Assembly: GCA_036397095.1 (NCBI GenBank)
Contig: DASWJQ010000195.1
Span: 44,070-108,069, forward strand
Length of the DNA: 64,000 nt
Reading direction: 5' to 3'
Origin: Anaerolineales bacterium
GTDB lineage: Bacteria > Chloroflexota > Anaerolineae > Anaerolineales > E44-bin32
Shown in pieces: positions 27,805-37,255 of this stretch. Positions within the stretch are counted from its first letter, which is position 1; each line of letters starts with the position of its first letter. The position numbers were made by a program, and so were the translations under genes. The notes under the pieces are model-generated. The model made no database searches and had not been told where the DNA came from. It saw only the letters and a program-made list of their open reading frames with translations.

Positions 27805-30291
27805 TCAGGATGGCTCGCGCCCGTCCGGGTGCAGGAAGCCCTGGCGCCGTTCGGCCAGTTGGGTGATGGCTGCTTGCACCCGGCCGTTGACGCTGTCCGC
27901 TGGGTATTCGCCATCCGCCCCGCGCTTGCCGGCCGGCAGACCGGCTAAGAGCTCGATCCCCTGGTCCACCGTCTCGACGGGATAGACATGGAACTTGCCG
28001 GCCTTGACGGCGTCGATCACGTCCTGGCGCAGCATCAGGTGCTTGACGTTGGCCGTCGGGATGAGCACGCCCTGCTCGCCGGTCAGGCCGCGTTGCTGGC
28101 AGATATCAAAGAAGCCTTCGATCTTCTCGTTGGCGCCGCCGATCGCCTGCACCTCGCCGCGCTGGTTGACCGAGCCGGTGACGGCCAGCGACTGGCGCAG
28201 CGGCAGGTCACCAATGGCCGAGAGCAGTGCGTACAGTTCGGCCGAGGAGGCGCTGTCACCTTCGATGCCGCCGTAGGTTTGCTCGAAGACCAGACTGGCC
28301 GACAACGAGAGCGGCTGCTGTTCTGCATAGCGCTCACCCAGGAAACCGGCCAGGATCATCACGCCCTTGGCGTGCAGCGGGCCTCCCAGCTCGGCCTCGC
28401 GTTCAATGTCGACGACCTCACCCGATCCCATGCGCACCCGGGCGGTGATGCGGCTTGGCCGGCCAAAGGCGAAATCGCCCAGCATCATGACCGACAAGCC
28501 GTTCACCTGGCCGACCTTCTCGCCCTTGGTGTCGATCAGGATTGTCTGGCGCAGGATCGATTCCTGCGACTTTTCGCGCAGCCGGTCGGCCCGGTGGATC
28601 TTGGCATCCAGCGCCTTCTGCACGTCGGCCGCCGTCACCATGCCGTTGCCATTGTGGCCGGCCCAATAGTCGGCCTCGCGCAACAGGTCGGTGATCAGAC
28701 GCATCTGGGTGGACAGCTTCTCCGAGTCGCCCACCATGCGGGCGCTGCGCTCGATCACGCGGCCGATGGCGTCCTTCTTGAAAGGCCGCAGCCCTTCCTT
28801 GCGAACGAGGCGCGCCAGCAGCCGGGCATAGCTGCGCTGGCTCGACCGGTCGCGGTCCATCGAGCCGTCGAAGTCGGCCATCACCTTGAACAGGGTGCCG
28901 AACTCGGGGTCGAGGGCGTCGAGCATGTAATACAGACTGCGGTCACCCACCAGCGCCAGCTTGACGTCGAGCGGGATCGGCTCGGGCTCGAGCGAAATGG
29001 TGGTGATCAGCCCGTAGGCCTGGCCCGGCGACTCGATGCGGATCTCTTGCGCATGCAAGGCACGTTTGAGGCCCTCCCAGGCATACGGCTGGAGCAGCAC
29101 CTTGCGGGCGTCGAGCAGCAGGTACCCGCCGTTGGCCCGGTGCAGTGCACCGGCCTTGATCAGGTTGAAGTCGGTCAGCAGCGCACCCATTTGCGGTACG
29201 TGCTCGACACGCCCGATCAAATTGGCATATGTCGGGTTGTCCTCGGTGATCACCGGGCCGTGCTCCGACTGACTGTGGTCGATGATCAGGTTGACCTTGT
29301 AGCGGCGGCGGGCCAATTGGCCGCGGCTGACGCCGAAGGATGTCAACATTGCCTCGCCCGACGATTGCCCGTCGCTCTCGTCTTGGGGCAGGAAATCGCG
29401 CACGTTCTCGATGATGTCGTCTTCGACCGCTTCCAGATAACCGACGACGACGGGCAGGTCCTCGTACTTGCCCTTGCGCTCTTCGATCAAACCGCCGACG
29501 GCCAGGTGGGCGATTTCTTTGTTGAGTTGACGCAGGTTTTCCTGCGCTTCCCGCTGCAAGCGCGGCAGCTGGCGCATCAGGCGCTGCAGTTCCGACTGGA
29601 GCTTGGTGACCTTGCCTTCGATTGCCTGGCGTTCTTCTTCGGACAGATCGTTGTAGGCGTCCGGTTCGACGACCTCGCCGTCCTTCACCGGGGCAAACCC
29701 CAGCCCGGACGGCGTCCGCAGCAGGGTGAAGCCTTCGGCGTCGGCCCGCTCGCGCAGCTTGTCGAGCGCCTTCTCCTGCTCGGACTGAACCTTTTCCTGG
29801 ATTTCGTGGCGTCGGTTTTGGTATTCCTCGCCCTCGAAGGCGGTCTCCAGCGCCGTCTGCACTTCTTCGACGAGGCTATCCATGTCCTTGACGAAGACCG
29901 CACCGCGCCCGGCCGGCAGCCGGATGGCATGCGGATTGTGCGGCTGCTCGAAGTTGTTGACATAGCACCAATCGTCGGGGATGGGCTTGGTTTGGGCCCG
30001 CCCAGCGAAAAAGGATTCGAGCAGTGAGTGTTTGCCGGTGCCGGGCGGACCAAGGGCGAACAGGTTGTAGCCCTCGGCATCAATCTCGACCCCAAACTCG
30101 ACGGCCTCGACGGCCCGCGGTTGGCCAAGCACGCCCTTGAAGTCTTTCAGGTCTTCGGTTGATTCGAATTTCAGGCTGTCTAGATCGACCGCCTGGTAGA
30201 GCAACTCGGGTGCCAGTGGTTCACCCGCCTTGATCCTGGGCTTGCTCCGCCGGCTGGCCGTCTTCCTGCCGCCCTTGCGTTTGGCGCTCAC
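27805..30291 (-). CDS. Lon-like AAA+ serine protease
   Basis: 828 aa, GTG start. Walker A LGPPGTGKHS. C-terminal Lon proteolytic domain with GDSASSAE (Ser) and GGANEKIEG (Lys) dyad. Confidence 0.8.
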   Translation of the reverse strand: MSAKRKGGRKTASRRSKPRIKAGEPLAPELLYQAVDLDSLKFESTEDLKDFKGVLGQPRAVEAVEFGVEIDAEGYNLFALGPPGTGKHSLLESFFAGRAQTKPIPDDWCYVNNFEQPHNPHAIRLPAGRGAVFVKDMDSLVEEVQTALETAFEGEEYQNRRHEIQEKVQSEQEKALDKLRERADAEGFTLLRTPSGLGFAPVKDGEVVEPDAYNDLSEEERQAIEGKVTKLQSELQRLMRQLPRLQREAQENLRQLNKEIAHLAVGGLIEERKGKYEDLPVVVGYLEAVEDDIIENVRDFLPQDESDGQSSGEAMLTSFGVSRGQLARRRYKVNLIIDHSQSEHGPVITEDNPTYANLIGRVEHVPQMGALLTDFNLIKAGALHRANGGYLLLDARKVLLQPYAWEGLKRALHAQEIRIESPGQAYGLITTISLEPEPIPLDVKLALVGDRSLYYMLDALDPEFGTLFKVMADFDGSMDRDRSSQRSYARLLARLVRKEGLRPFKKDAIGRVIERSARMVGDSEKLSTQMRLITDLLREADYWAGHNGNGMVTAADVQKALDAKIHRADRLREKSQESILRQTILIDTKGEKVGQVNGLSVMMLGDFAFGRPSRITARVRMGSGEVVDIEREAELGGPLHAKGVMILAGFLGERYAEQQPLSLSASLVFEQTYGGIEGDSASSAELYALLSAIGDLPLRQSLAVTGSVNQRGEVQAIGGANEKIEGFFDICQQRGLTGEQGVLIPTANVKHLMLRQDVIDAVKAGKFHVYPVETVDQGIELLAGLPAGKRGADGEYPADSVNGRVQAAITQLAERRQGFLHPDGREPS

Positions 30292-30728
30292 GAGCCGTCC
30301 TCGCCCGCGGCGGTGGGCAGTCCATCAAACTCGGCCAACGTGCGGCGCCAGCGGTCGGGCATGGCGACCGAACGGTTGTTTTGGTAGTCGTAATGAACCA
30401 TGGTTGTCACCCCCTCGGCGAAAAGTTCGCCGTCTTGTGCGGTCAAACGGTATTTGAGGTCAAAGCTCTTGGTTCCCAGCCGGCTGGCGGCCACACCCAC
30501 CCGTATGGATTGGCCGTATCCAATCGGCCGGCGGAAATCGCAGGCGGCATGGGCCAATATCACACCCAGGCTCTGCATGTCCTGGCGGTCCCACAATTCC
30601 AGGGCGCCGAAGTAAGCGGCGCGGGCCGTTTCCATGTAGGTGAAATACATGGCGTTGTTGACGTGACCCAGTGAGTCGATGTCCGCAAAGCGCACCTCGA
30701 CCTCATGCCAGAAACGGAAGTCGTCCAT
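30288..30728 (-). CDS. Hotdog-fold acyl-CoA thioesterase (4HBT/YbgC-like)
   Basis: 146 aa from ATG 30728 (alternative GTG at 30764). VRFADIDSLGHVNNAMYFTYME is the typical 4HBT N-terminal motif. Stop overlaps the Lon-like start. Confidence 0.7.
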   Translation of the reverse strand: MDDFRFWHEVEVRFADIDSLGHVNNAMYFTYMETARAAYFGALELWDRQDMQSLGVILAHAACDFRRPIGYGQSIRVGVAASRLGTKSFDLKYRLTAQDGELFAEGVTTMVHYDYQNNRSVAMPDRWRRTLAEFDGLPTAAGEDGS

Positions 30729-30736
30729 TGACTGGC

Positions 30737-31183
30737 TCAGAGCGACGGAAGCAAGGGTCTCCACCAGGGGATGGCCATCAGGATTAACAGGAAGCCGAGG
30801 GAGTAACCAATGGCTGCCCGCTTGTGGCGCTCCGCTGGGACCTCTGCCTTCTTGACCAGGCTGCTTGTGATATGGACGGCGGCCAGTGCGACGACCATCA
30901 GCGGAATATGCTCGACGGCGAAGTAGCGGATCGATTGGCTGGCGCTGATCGTCGCCGGATTCTGGAGCGCGGTTCGGATCATGGGGCTGACGGCGGCGGT
31001 GAACAACCCGACCAGGAACTGGATGTCAAAACTGATGGCAAACAGCCGGCCCGCCAGATCGTCCTGTGGCTGCCAACCGCCAGCGGCCAGCCAGCCGCGA
31101 TACGCGCGCATCAGGGCAAAGGTGCCGGCCAGCAGGACCAGCCAGCGCATGATGTTGTGTGCCCCCAGGATCCAAGGCAGCAT
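30737..31183 (-). CDS. Hypothetical membrane protein
   Basis: 148 aa from the internal ATG preceded by an AGGAG SD. Four hydrophobic helices. Confidence 0.5.
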   Translation of the reverse strand: MLPWILGAHNIMRWLVLLAGTFALMRAYRGWLAAGGWQPQDDLAGRLFAISFDIQFLVGLFTAAVSPMIRTALQNPATISASQSIRYFAVEHIPLMVVALAAVHITSSLVKKAEVPAERHKRAAIGYSLGFLLILMAIPWWRPLLPSL

Positions 31184-31476
31184 CGTTTCGCATCTCCTTA
31201 GGTGTGTGACCGATGGGCGGTGAGCCGGTTTTATTGTAACGCCTGGCCTGCACTCCACTCCACAAGCCTAACCACCATGGCGCAAAGAGGAGCCACTAGC
31301 GGCTAGCTACTGGCCTCTCACAAGGTGTGGGCTATCGTCCCCGAACTTCCGGCGTGCTCGGCAGCCCGGTCTCCTGCGCGATGCCTGTCTACTTAACTAT
31401 CAGGTAGAGGAGGTTAGTTGCCAAATGCTAGTTGCTAGACTCCAGTCGCTTACCGCTCTGCTTGAGCCTTCGTGGT

Positions 31477-31872
31477 TCAGACCTGCTGGCCCGACGCCTC
31501 GTCGGCTAACACCAGCAAGTAAGCGTTGATGGCCTCGCGGCCCGCCGGGAGCAACTGCAGCGCCGACCAATCCGTGGTGAAAGCGCTGGCGGAGTGTCGG
31601 TCGAGCAGCTGCTGAAATGGGTCGGCCGTCAGTCGTTCCCCGCCGGCCAGCCGGCCGGGCCAATAACGCGCCAGCGCCGGCCGCCAGCGAGGATAGCCGC
31701 GCTGCAGCCGCCAGCGCAACCAGCGATAGCGCAAACGGTCCCCGGGGCCGGCTGCCCCTTGGCGGTAGAGGCGGATGATGAGCGCCTCGAATCGGTCCCA
31801 CAGGCGGACCCATTCGATCAGCCTGGGATCGTTGATGTCCTGCTGTAGGTGCCGCGAGACGGGATTGGCCAT
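31477..31872 (-). CDS. Hypothetical protein
   Basis: 131 aa from MANPVSRHL. No family recognised. Start uncertain (ORF extends to 31944). Confidence 0.4.
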   Translation of the reverse strand: MANPVSRHLQQDINDPRLIEWVRLWDRFEALIIRLYRQGAAGPGDRLRYRWLRWRLQRGYPRWRPALARYWPGRLAGGERLTADPFQQLLDRHSASAFTTDWSALQLLPAGREAINAYLLVLADEASGQQV

Positions 31873-31999
31873 GTGCTTGTGAGCGCCGGAATGACGAAAC
31901 ACGCTTGGGCTGGTGATGTTTGTACTCGGGCCGCCATTCAGCAAAAGTATAATGAAGCAGCGGCATCATTCGACCCCTTGTGGCAAGGAGACTGCAATC

Positions 32000-32668
32000 A
32001 TGTCGGGACGAGCATTCTTTGGCATCCTGCTGTTGGCAATCGGAGGCGGCCTGTTGCTTGACCGGGCCGGCGTGATGGATTTCGGTCAGATCTTCGCCAC
32101 CTGGTGGCCGATGATTCTTATCCTGATCGCCGCCATTCAACTGGTGACACGGTCGGCGCCGGTCATCGGCAGCCTGATCGTGCTAGGGGTCGGCCTCGTC
32201 TTCCAGGCGATCACCCTCGAATTCCTCCCCTCGAACACCTGGAGCTACATCTGGCCCCTGGCGCTGGTGGCGATCGGCCTGTACCTGCTGTTGGCCCGCG
32301 GTCGCGGCTTCCGCCAGACGGTCAGTGATGCGGACCATGTCAATGCCTTCGTCATGTTCGGCGGGGCCAATGCGCGCAACGAATCGACCAGCTTCCTCGG
32401 GGGCAGCGTCACGGCCATTTTCGGCGGCGCCGAGGTCGATTTGCGCGGCGCCCAGCTGGCGGCCGAGGGCGGCCAACTGGATGTGACGGCCGCGTTCGGC
32501 GGCGTCGAAATCACGGTGCCTTCCGGCTGGCCCGTTCACGTCACCGGCCTGCCGATTTTCGGCGGCTGGGAGAACAAGACCCAGTTGAGCGCAGAGACCT
32601 CAGCGGTAGGGCCTGGGTTGAAGGTCAACTGTTTCGCCGCTTTTGGCGGCATCGAAGTCCACAACTAG
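32000..32668 (+). CDS. LiaF/YvqF-like cell-envelope stress membrane protein
   Basis: 222 aa from the ATG preceded by an AAGGAG SD. N-terminal TM helices, then a C-terminal beta-rich domain with repeated FGG motifs (VMFGGANA, AIFGGAEVDLRGA, AAFGGVEITVP, PIFGGWEN, AAFGGIEV). Confidence 0.6.
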   Translation: MSGRAFFGILLLAIGGGLLLDRAGVMDFGQIFATWWPMILILIAAIQLVTRSAPVIGSLIVLGVGLVFQAITLEFLPSNTWSYIWPLALVAIGLYLLLARGRGFRQTVSDADHVNAFVMFGGANARNESTSFLGGSVTAIFGGAEVDLRGAQLAAEGGQLDVTAAFGGVEITVPSGWPVHVTGLPIFGGWENKTQLSAETSAVGPGLKVNCFAAFGGIEVHN

Positions 32669-32688
32669 GTCCCACAGGAACCCCCCCA

Positions 32689-32716
32689 GGGCCCCGCAAC
32701 CCGGGGCCCTTTTTTG
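32689..32716 (+). terminator. Rho-independent terminator
   Basis: GGGCCCCG-caacc-CGGGGCCC followed by TTTTTTGTT, 21 nt after the stop at 32668. Confidence 0.8.
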
Positions 32717-32793
32717 TTGCTCATACCCTTGACAAGTCGCCCCATCCTGTCATAATTGTCATGTAATCTCTGTCGTAACCGGGGAGAAGGCAT

Positions 32794-33075
32794 ATGGGAC
32801 GGAAACCTTGGACGTTTATCACCAATCACGGGGCTGTGCTGGGGATGATCGGACAAACGTCGCAAATCACGGCCCGACTGATCGCCAGTAAGTTGGATAT
32901 CACCGAACGGACCGTGCTGCGCATCATCAAGGACCTGGAAGGCGCCGGTTACGTGAAGCGTGAGCGCTTCGGCCGCGAGAACCGTTACACGGTCAATGCC
33001 AGCCTGCCGCTGCGCCGCAGCGACCAGCACGCCGTGGAGATCGGCCAGATCCTGAAGGTGCTCAAGTTCAAGTAG
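32794..33075 (+). CDS. Small winged-helix DNA-binding protein
   Basis: 93 aa. HTH-like segment ARLIASKLDITERTVLRIIKDLEGAGYV. Confidence 0.6.
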   Translation: MGRKPWTFITNHGAVLGMIGQTSQITARLIASKLDITERTVLRIIKDLEGAGYVKRERFGRENRYTVNASLPLRRSDQHAVEIGQILKVLKFK

Positions 33076-33078
33076 GGC

Positions 33079-33201
33079 AACCACAAAGGCTCGAAGGGTA
33101 CAAAGGGGGAAAGGAGGGGGCACGAAGGCTGGGATCGATGTAAGGGAAACCCCCTTTGGGATCCTTGATCTGGACTTGGTGTCCTTGGTGTCTTTGTGGT
33201 T
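33079..33201 (+). repeat. CACRAAG-heptad hairpin element, copy 1
   Basis: AACCACAAAGGCTCGAAGGGTACAAAGGGGG...CACGAAGG // GGACTTGGTGTCCTTGGTGTCTTTGTGGTT. Intergenic, starts 4 nt after a stop codon. Confidence 0.75.
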
Positions 33202-33350
33202 AGCAACCGGAACATTTGGGATGAAAACAACGTCTACCCGTCGAGGCCGGGGAGGGTCCCCGGCCGCCATTCTTCAACCTGCTGAGTAGCAAGCCACCCC
33301 CCGGGTTTCACCCGGCTGGCGGCCAATCTACTCAGCTCGAGGGCCTATCG

Positions 33351-35768
33351 ATGATCGTTCGCGAGTTGTACCCGGCGCGCGGCCAATTGCTGGCCGCGCT
33401 CGTCATCGCCGTTTCGCTGTTGCTTGGAAGCTGTGCGCCCGGCGGCCTGGCCCCAACGGCCACGCCCACCGACACGCCTCCACAGGGCATCATCGCCGGC
33501 CGCTTATGGTCCGACCGCTGTGACTCAGACGGCCGTGGATGCCAGTTGGTCGATGGGGAGCTGCTGCCGGATGGGGTCGAAGATCCGACCGAGCCCGGCT
33601 TGGAAGGCGTGATGGTGCAGATCGGCCAGGGGCAGTGCCCCAGCATCGGCTTCACCGAGGCCACCACCAGCGCCAATGGCACCTATCTGGTGCAGGGCCT
33701 GCAGGCTGGGACCTATTGCATCTCGGTCGACCCGGGGCTGACCGGCAACGGCGTTGTCTTGGGCGACGCGCCCTGGACCCACCCCTCTTTTGGCATGGGC
33801 ATCAGCCGAATCACGGTCACCCTGCGCGAAAGCAATGAAACAAGGCTGGTTAACTTCGGGCGGGCTTCGGCCGCCATCGTGCCCACCGCCAGCCCGACAT
33901 CGACCGAGCCCGCCCCGGCCCCGACCAGCGCCGGCCCCCAGGCCTGCCTCGACCGGGCGACCTTCGTCGCCGATGTCAGCGTGCCGGACTCAACGCATTT
34001 CGACGCCAACCGCAGCTTTGACAAGACCTGGCGTCTGCGCAACAACGGCAGTTGCACCTGGACGACTGGCTACAACCTGGTCTTTGTCAGCGGCAGCAGC
34101 CTGAGCGGAGCCGCTGCCAGGACGCTGCCGCGCAATGTGGCGCCCGGCGAGACCGTCGATCTGACCATCCGCCTCAAAGCCCCGGCCGACACCGGGCTGT
34201 ACCGCGGTTACTGGATGCTGCGCAACAGCAGCGGTGTGCTGTTTGGGCTGGGCGACAACGCCAACGCACCCTTTTGGGTCCAGATCATCGTTGGCCCCCT
34301 GGGCACAACCACCACCGGCACCTGGCGCGGCGAGTACTTCGCCCGGCGCGATCTGAAGGGCACGGCCGGCTTCGTGCGCAATGACCCGGTCATCGCCTTC
34401 AACTGGGGCTCGCAATCGCCAGGCTCGCCGCTCGGCGCCGACGATTTCTCGGTGCGCTGGACGGGCAAGGGCCAGTTCGACCAGGGCAGCTACCGCTTCC
34501 GGGTTCAGGTGGATGACGGCGCCCGCCTGTGGGTCGACGATCAGTTGATCATCGACTCATGGCGCGACGGCAGCTACCGCGAGCTGACGGCCGATGTGCC
34601 GCTGGCGCGCGGCAATCACGACATCCGCCTCGAATTCTACGAGCGGGCCGGCGCCGCCCGCATCCAGCTGAGCTGGACCAAGGTCAGTTCGCCCTCCTTC
34701 TCCGACTGGAAGGGTGAATACTGGGCCAACCGCAAACTGAGCGGGGCGCCGGTGTTGATCCGCAACGATAACGCCGTCGACTTCAACTGGGGCCGCGGTG
34801 CACCGGCCGTCGGTGTGCCGCGCGACGAGTTCTCGGCGCGCTGGACACGCAAGGTCGAGTTCAGCCAGGGCACCTACCGCTTCACGGCCAGCAGTGACGA
34901 TGGCTTGCGCGTCTATGTCAGCGACCAGCTGATCATCGACGAATGGCATGACGACAGCGCCAGCCAGACCTACACCGCCGAGGTCGTGCTAAGCGGCAGC
35001 CGAACCGTCAAGATCGAATACTACGAGCGGTCCGGCGGCGCACAGGTGCACGTCGCCTGGGCTAAGGTCGGCCAGACGGCCACGGCGACGGTCACACCGA
35101 CCGATACGCCGACTATGACCGCCACCAGCGGACCGCCGCCGACCGAACCGGCCGAAACGGCCACGCCAACGGCAACCGCCACGGAGATTGTGCCGCCGAC
35201 GGATACCCCGGTTCCGACAGAAACGCCGACGCCGACCGAGCCGCCGCCAGCGACCAACACGCCGCAGCCGCAGCCGCAGGTCGCCTACAGCTTCGGCCAG
35301 GAGGCCTGCCAGGCGGACTGGCGCAACGAGGCCGGCGCTCTGCCGTGCCCCGGAAACCCCGGCGACACCGACGGGGCCGTCTACACGCTGAACGCCCCTA
35401 ACACCGAGGCCGGGGCGGCCGATGGCCAGCTCGGTCTGGTAACCGAACCCGAAGCTTCCGCCGTAGGCTACATCCAGGGGGCCTATCCGGCCTTCCAGCT
35501 AGCCGCTGGCGACCACTTCAGGGCGACGGTCGGCTGCCTGGCCGGCGCCGCCTCTTGTGACGTCGAGTTCCAACTGCACGTGCGGATCGATGGCAACACG
35601 ACCAGCCTGGGCACCTGGCACCAGGTCCACGATGGCGACCTGCAAGCGATCGATCTCGACATGAGCGCCTACGCCGGTCAAAGCGTGGCCTTCGTCCTGT
35701 CGGTCCATGCCAACGGTTCCCCGGCGGGCAACGGGGCGGTCTGGCTCGCCCCGCGCATCCTGAGATAA
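33351..35768 (+). CDS. Large surface lipoprotein: SdrD-B/Cna-like fold, NBR1-like Ig domain, two PA14 domains, Pro/Thr linker, C-terminal domain of unknown type
   Basis: 805 aa. Lipobox LLLGSC. Two PA14-like repeats (WRGEYF...FSVRWTG...IRLEFYERAGAARIQLSW and WKGEYW...FSARWTR...VKIEYYERSGGAQVHVAW). PT-rich linker near 35.08-35.28 kb. Confidence 0.75.
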   Translation: MIVRELYPARGQLLAALVIAVSLLLGSCAPGGLAPTATPTDTPPQGIIAGRLWSDRCDSDGRGCQLVDGELLPDGVEDPTEPGLEGVMVQIGQGQCPSIGFTEATTSANGTYLVQGLQAGTYCISVDPGLTGNGVVLGDAPWTHPSFGMGISRITVTLRESNETRLVNFGRASAAIVPTASPTSTEPAPAPTSAGPQACLDRATFVADVSVPDSTHFDANRSFDKTWRLRNNGSCTWTTGYNLVFVSGSSLSGAAARTLPRNVAPGETVDLTIRLKAPADTGLYRGYWMLRNSSGVLFGLGDNANAPFWVQIIVGPLGTTTTGTWRGEYFARRDLKGTAGFVRNDPVIAFNWGSQSPGSPLGADDFSVRWTGKGQFDQGSYRFRVQVDDGARLWVDDQLIIDSWRDGSYRELTADVPLARGNHDIRLEFYERAGAARIQLSWTKVSSPSFSDWKGEYWANRKLSGAPVLIRNDNAVDFNWGRGAPAVGVPRDEFSARWTRKVEFSQGTYRFTASSDDGLRVYVSDQLIIDEWHDDSASQTYTAEVVLSGSRTVKIEYYERSGGAQVHVAWAKVGQTATATVTPTDTPTMTATSGPPPTEPAETATPTATATEIVPPTDTPVPTETPTPTEPPPATNTPQPQPQVAYSFGQEACQADWRNEAGALPCPGNPGDTDGAVYTLNAPNTEAGAADGQLGLVTEPEASAVGYIQGAYPAFQLAAGDHFRATVGCLAGAASCDVEFQLHVRIDGNTTSLGTWHQVHDGDLQAIDLDMSAYAGQSVAFVLSVHANGSPAGNGAVWLAPRILR

Positions 35769-35773
35769 GGCTC

Positions 35774-35909
35774 ATAACACAAAGACTCAAAGTTCACGAA
35801 GGTTTGCCGAGCACATAAAGAGAGGGTCTCAAGTGAGACCCTCTTCATTTCCCTTAAACAGATGTCCTTTGTGAACCTTTGTCTTTGTGTCTTGGTGTCT
35901 TCGCGTTAT
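35774..35909 (+). repeat. CACRAAG-heptad hairpin element, copy 2 (encloses a perfect terminator hairpin)
   Basis: ATAACACAAAGACTCAAAGTTCACGAAGG ... GTCCTTTGTGAACCTTTGTCTTTGTGTCTTGGTGTCTTCGCGTTAT. Lies between convergent genes. Confidence 0.75.
35821..35850. terminator. Perfect 10-bp GC-rich stem-loop AGAGGGTCTC-aagt-GAGACCCTCT followed by TCATTT
   Basis: Read directly. Sits in the loop of hairpin-element copy 2, between the stops at 35768(+) and 35915(-). Confidence 0.6.
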
Positions 35910-35914
35910 CAATC

Positions 35915-36256
35915 TTATTGAATACGGGCGCCAAGTTCGACCTGGGCATCCGGTTGCAGCAACCGCATCGACCCGTCGGGGTTCACCGCCGCCAGCACCA
36001 ACACCTCCGAACGATGGTTGGCAATCTGTTTGGGTGGAAAATTCGTAACGGCCACTACCAGCCGCTCGATCAGCTCATCGCGGGGGTACAGCGCGGCGAT
36101 CGCCGCCGACGATTGGCGCACCCCGAGCCTGGGACCAAAGTCGATAGTCAGCAAGTACGACGGATTGTGGGCCTCGGGAAACTCGTCTACTGTCAGCACC
36201 CGCCCGACGTGCATCTCGACTTTGTCGAAGTCATCCCAATTGATCTTGTGTCCCAA
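35915..36256 (-). CDS. csaA: CsaA-type tRNA-binding-domain chaperone
   Basis: 113 aa from TTG preceded by GGAGG at 7 nt. KINWDDFDKVEMHVGRVLTVDEFPEA...LLTIDFG...VVAVTNFPPKQIAN matches the CsaA/EMAP fold pattern. The ORF-track ATG at 36292 lies inside repeat copy 3. Confidence 0.7.
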   Translation of the reverse strand: MGHKINWDDFDKVEMHVGRVLTVDEFPEAHNPSYLLTIDFGPRLGVRQSSAAIAALYPRDELIERLVVAVTNFPPKQIANHRSEVLVLAAVNPDGSMRLLQPDAQVELGARIQ

Positions 36257-36269
36257 GGTTGGACCTCCT

Positions 36270-36391
36270 AACCACGAAGGCTCAAAGTGCACGAAAGGGT
36301 AAGTGGATCCACAAAGATTGGTGCCGATGACGTGAAATCACCCTTTCTGATCCCTCCTGGTCACCTTAGTGCCCTTTGAGTCGTTGTGGTT
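36270..36391 (+). repeat. CACRAAG-heptad hairpin element, copy 3
   Basis: AACCACGAAGGCTCAAAGTGCACGAAAGGG ... GGTCACCTTAGTGCCCTTTGAGTCGTTGTGGTT. The right tip abuts the stop codon (36391-36393) of the next gene. Confidence 0.75.
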
Positions 36392-37089
36392 CACCCCTTC
36401 AGACTGGCCACTACCTCGACCGGTTCCCACGCTACCGCCCCGTCGGCCTCGACCGTCAGTTCGATCCGCACGATCCGTTTCCAGGGACCGGCCTCGAAAG
36501 CCAGGAAAGACAGCGTCCCGCCGGCCTCGCCCAGAATGGCCAGCGGGTCGAACGCGACCGGACGCGCGACCCGCACCAGGTTCTTGGCTTCACGCCGCAG
36601 CACGGCGTCGAAGGCATGCCGCACGACCAAGGGCTCGATCGCCAGCCAGGCCGCTTCGCGTTCGGGCGCTTTGGTCGCCCACAGTTCGTTGAGGAAGAAG
36701 GCATATTCGGCCAGCCCCTCGGCGCTGTGCTCGTAGGCGAGATGGCGATAAAGCGTTTCGATCTCGATCATGTGCAAACTGCCGCCTCGCTTCTCGGCGG
36801 CTAGTCGGTCGGGCGGGATGGCGCGCAGGGCTGGTGGGGGCTCAGTTGGGCTGCCGGGTTGGCTCAAGCGGGCAAAGGGCCAAATCCAGCGCATGTCACC
36901 GCGGCGCATGGGCAAATAGTCAAGCTCATAACCACGCTGCAAACTGACTTTGCGGAATAGGCGGAGCAAGTGAGAAACGTCGTCGGGCCGATGATAGCGG
37001 TTCCAGCTCTGGCGGAAGCGGCCAACCGCCGTCAGAGTCTGATCGAGACGATACCCCGGAACCCGCTCTTCCTTGGCTGGCTGGACCAT
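36391..37089 (-). CDS. Hypothetical protein (232 aa), bracketed by repeat copies 3 and 4
   Basis: Long ORF with no overlapping competitor of similar quality. No family recognised. Confidence 0.5.
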   Translation of the reverse strand: MVQPAKEERVPGYRLDQTLTAVGRFRQSWNRYHRPDDVSHLLRLFRKVSLQRGYELDYLPMRRGDMRWIWPFARLSQPGSPTEPPPALRAIPPDRLAAEKRGGSLHMIEIETLYRHLAYEHSAEGLAEYAFFLNELWATKAPEREAAWLAIEPLVVRHAFDAVLRREAKNLVRVARPVAFDPLAILGEAGGTLSFLAFEAGPWKRIVRIELTVEADGAVAWEPVEVVASLKG

Positions 37090-37117
37090 GCGTAGGCCCT
37101 ACTCGGTGAAGCGCGCT

Positions 37118-37238
37118 AACCACGAAGTCTCAAAGGACACGAAGGTGAACCCTAGGGTCACAAAGGGACACTTCCCCTCAGCGAAACCAGTCTTTGTGAA
37201 CCTTGCTAGCTCTTGGTGTCCTTCGTATCTTGGTGGTT
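37118..37238 (+). repeat. CACRAAG-heptad hairpin element, copy 4
   Basis: AACCACGAAGTCTCAAAGGACACGAAGGTGAACCCTAGGGTCACAAAGGGA ... GTCTTTGTGAACCTTGCTAGCTCTTGGTGTCCTTCGTATCTTGGTGGTT. Confidence 0.8.
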
Positions 37239-37255
37239 GCCCCGCTGCGTGTGAG

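Noticed and set aside
27988-30027. Very long antisense ORFs: 679 aa opposite the Lon-like gene, 387 aa at 26822..27985, 319 aa at 25041..26000, 480 aa at 61457..62899, 305 aa at 5130..6047/19812..20729, 296/240 aa at 62782..63928
   Set aside because: All overlap better-supported genes on the other strand, are rich in Arg/Gly/Pro/Ala, and lack recognisable motifs or SD sequences. They are typical stop-poor shadow frames of about 65% GC DNA.
31269-31477. Possible eighth, degenerate copy of the CACRAAG hairpin element (TAACCACCAtggcgCAAAGagg ... GAGCCTTCGTGGTT)
   Set aside because: The tips match, but the arms are about 200 bp apart and the internal heptads are mostly missing. It is mentioned in the finding but not counted as a feature.
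31425-31529. 34-aa ORF (MLVARLQSLTALLEPSWFRPAGPTPRRLTPASKR) with a strong GAGGAGG upstream
   Set aside because: It runs antisense across the 3' end of the 31477..31872 gene and has no distinctive features. The SD-like string alone is insufficient.
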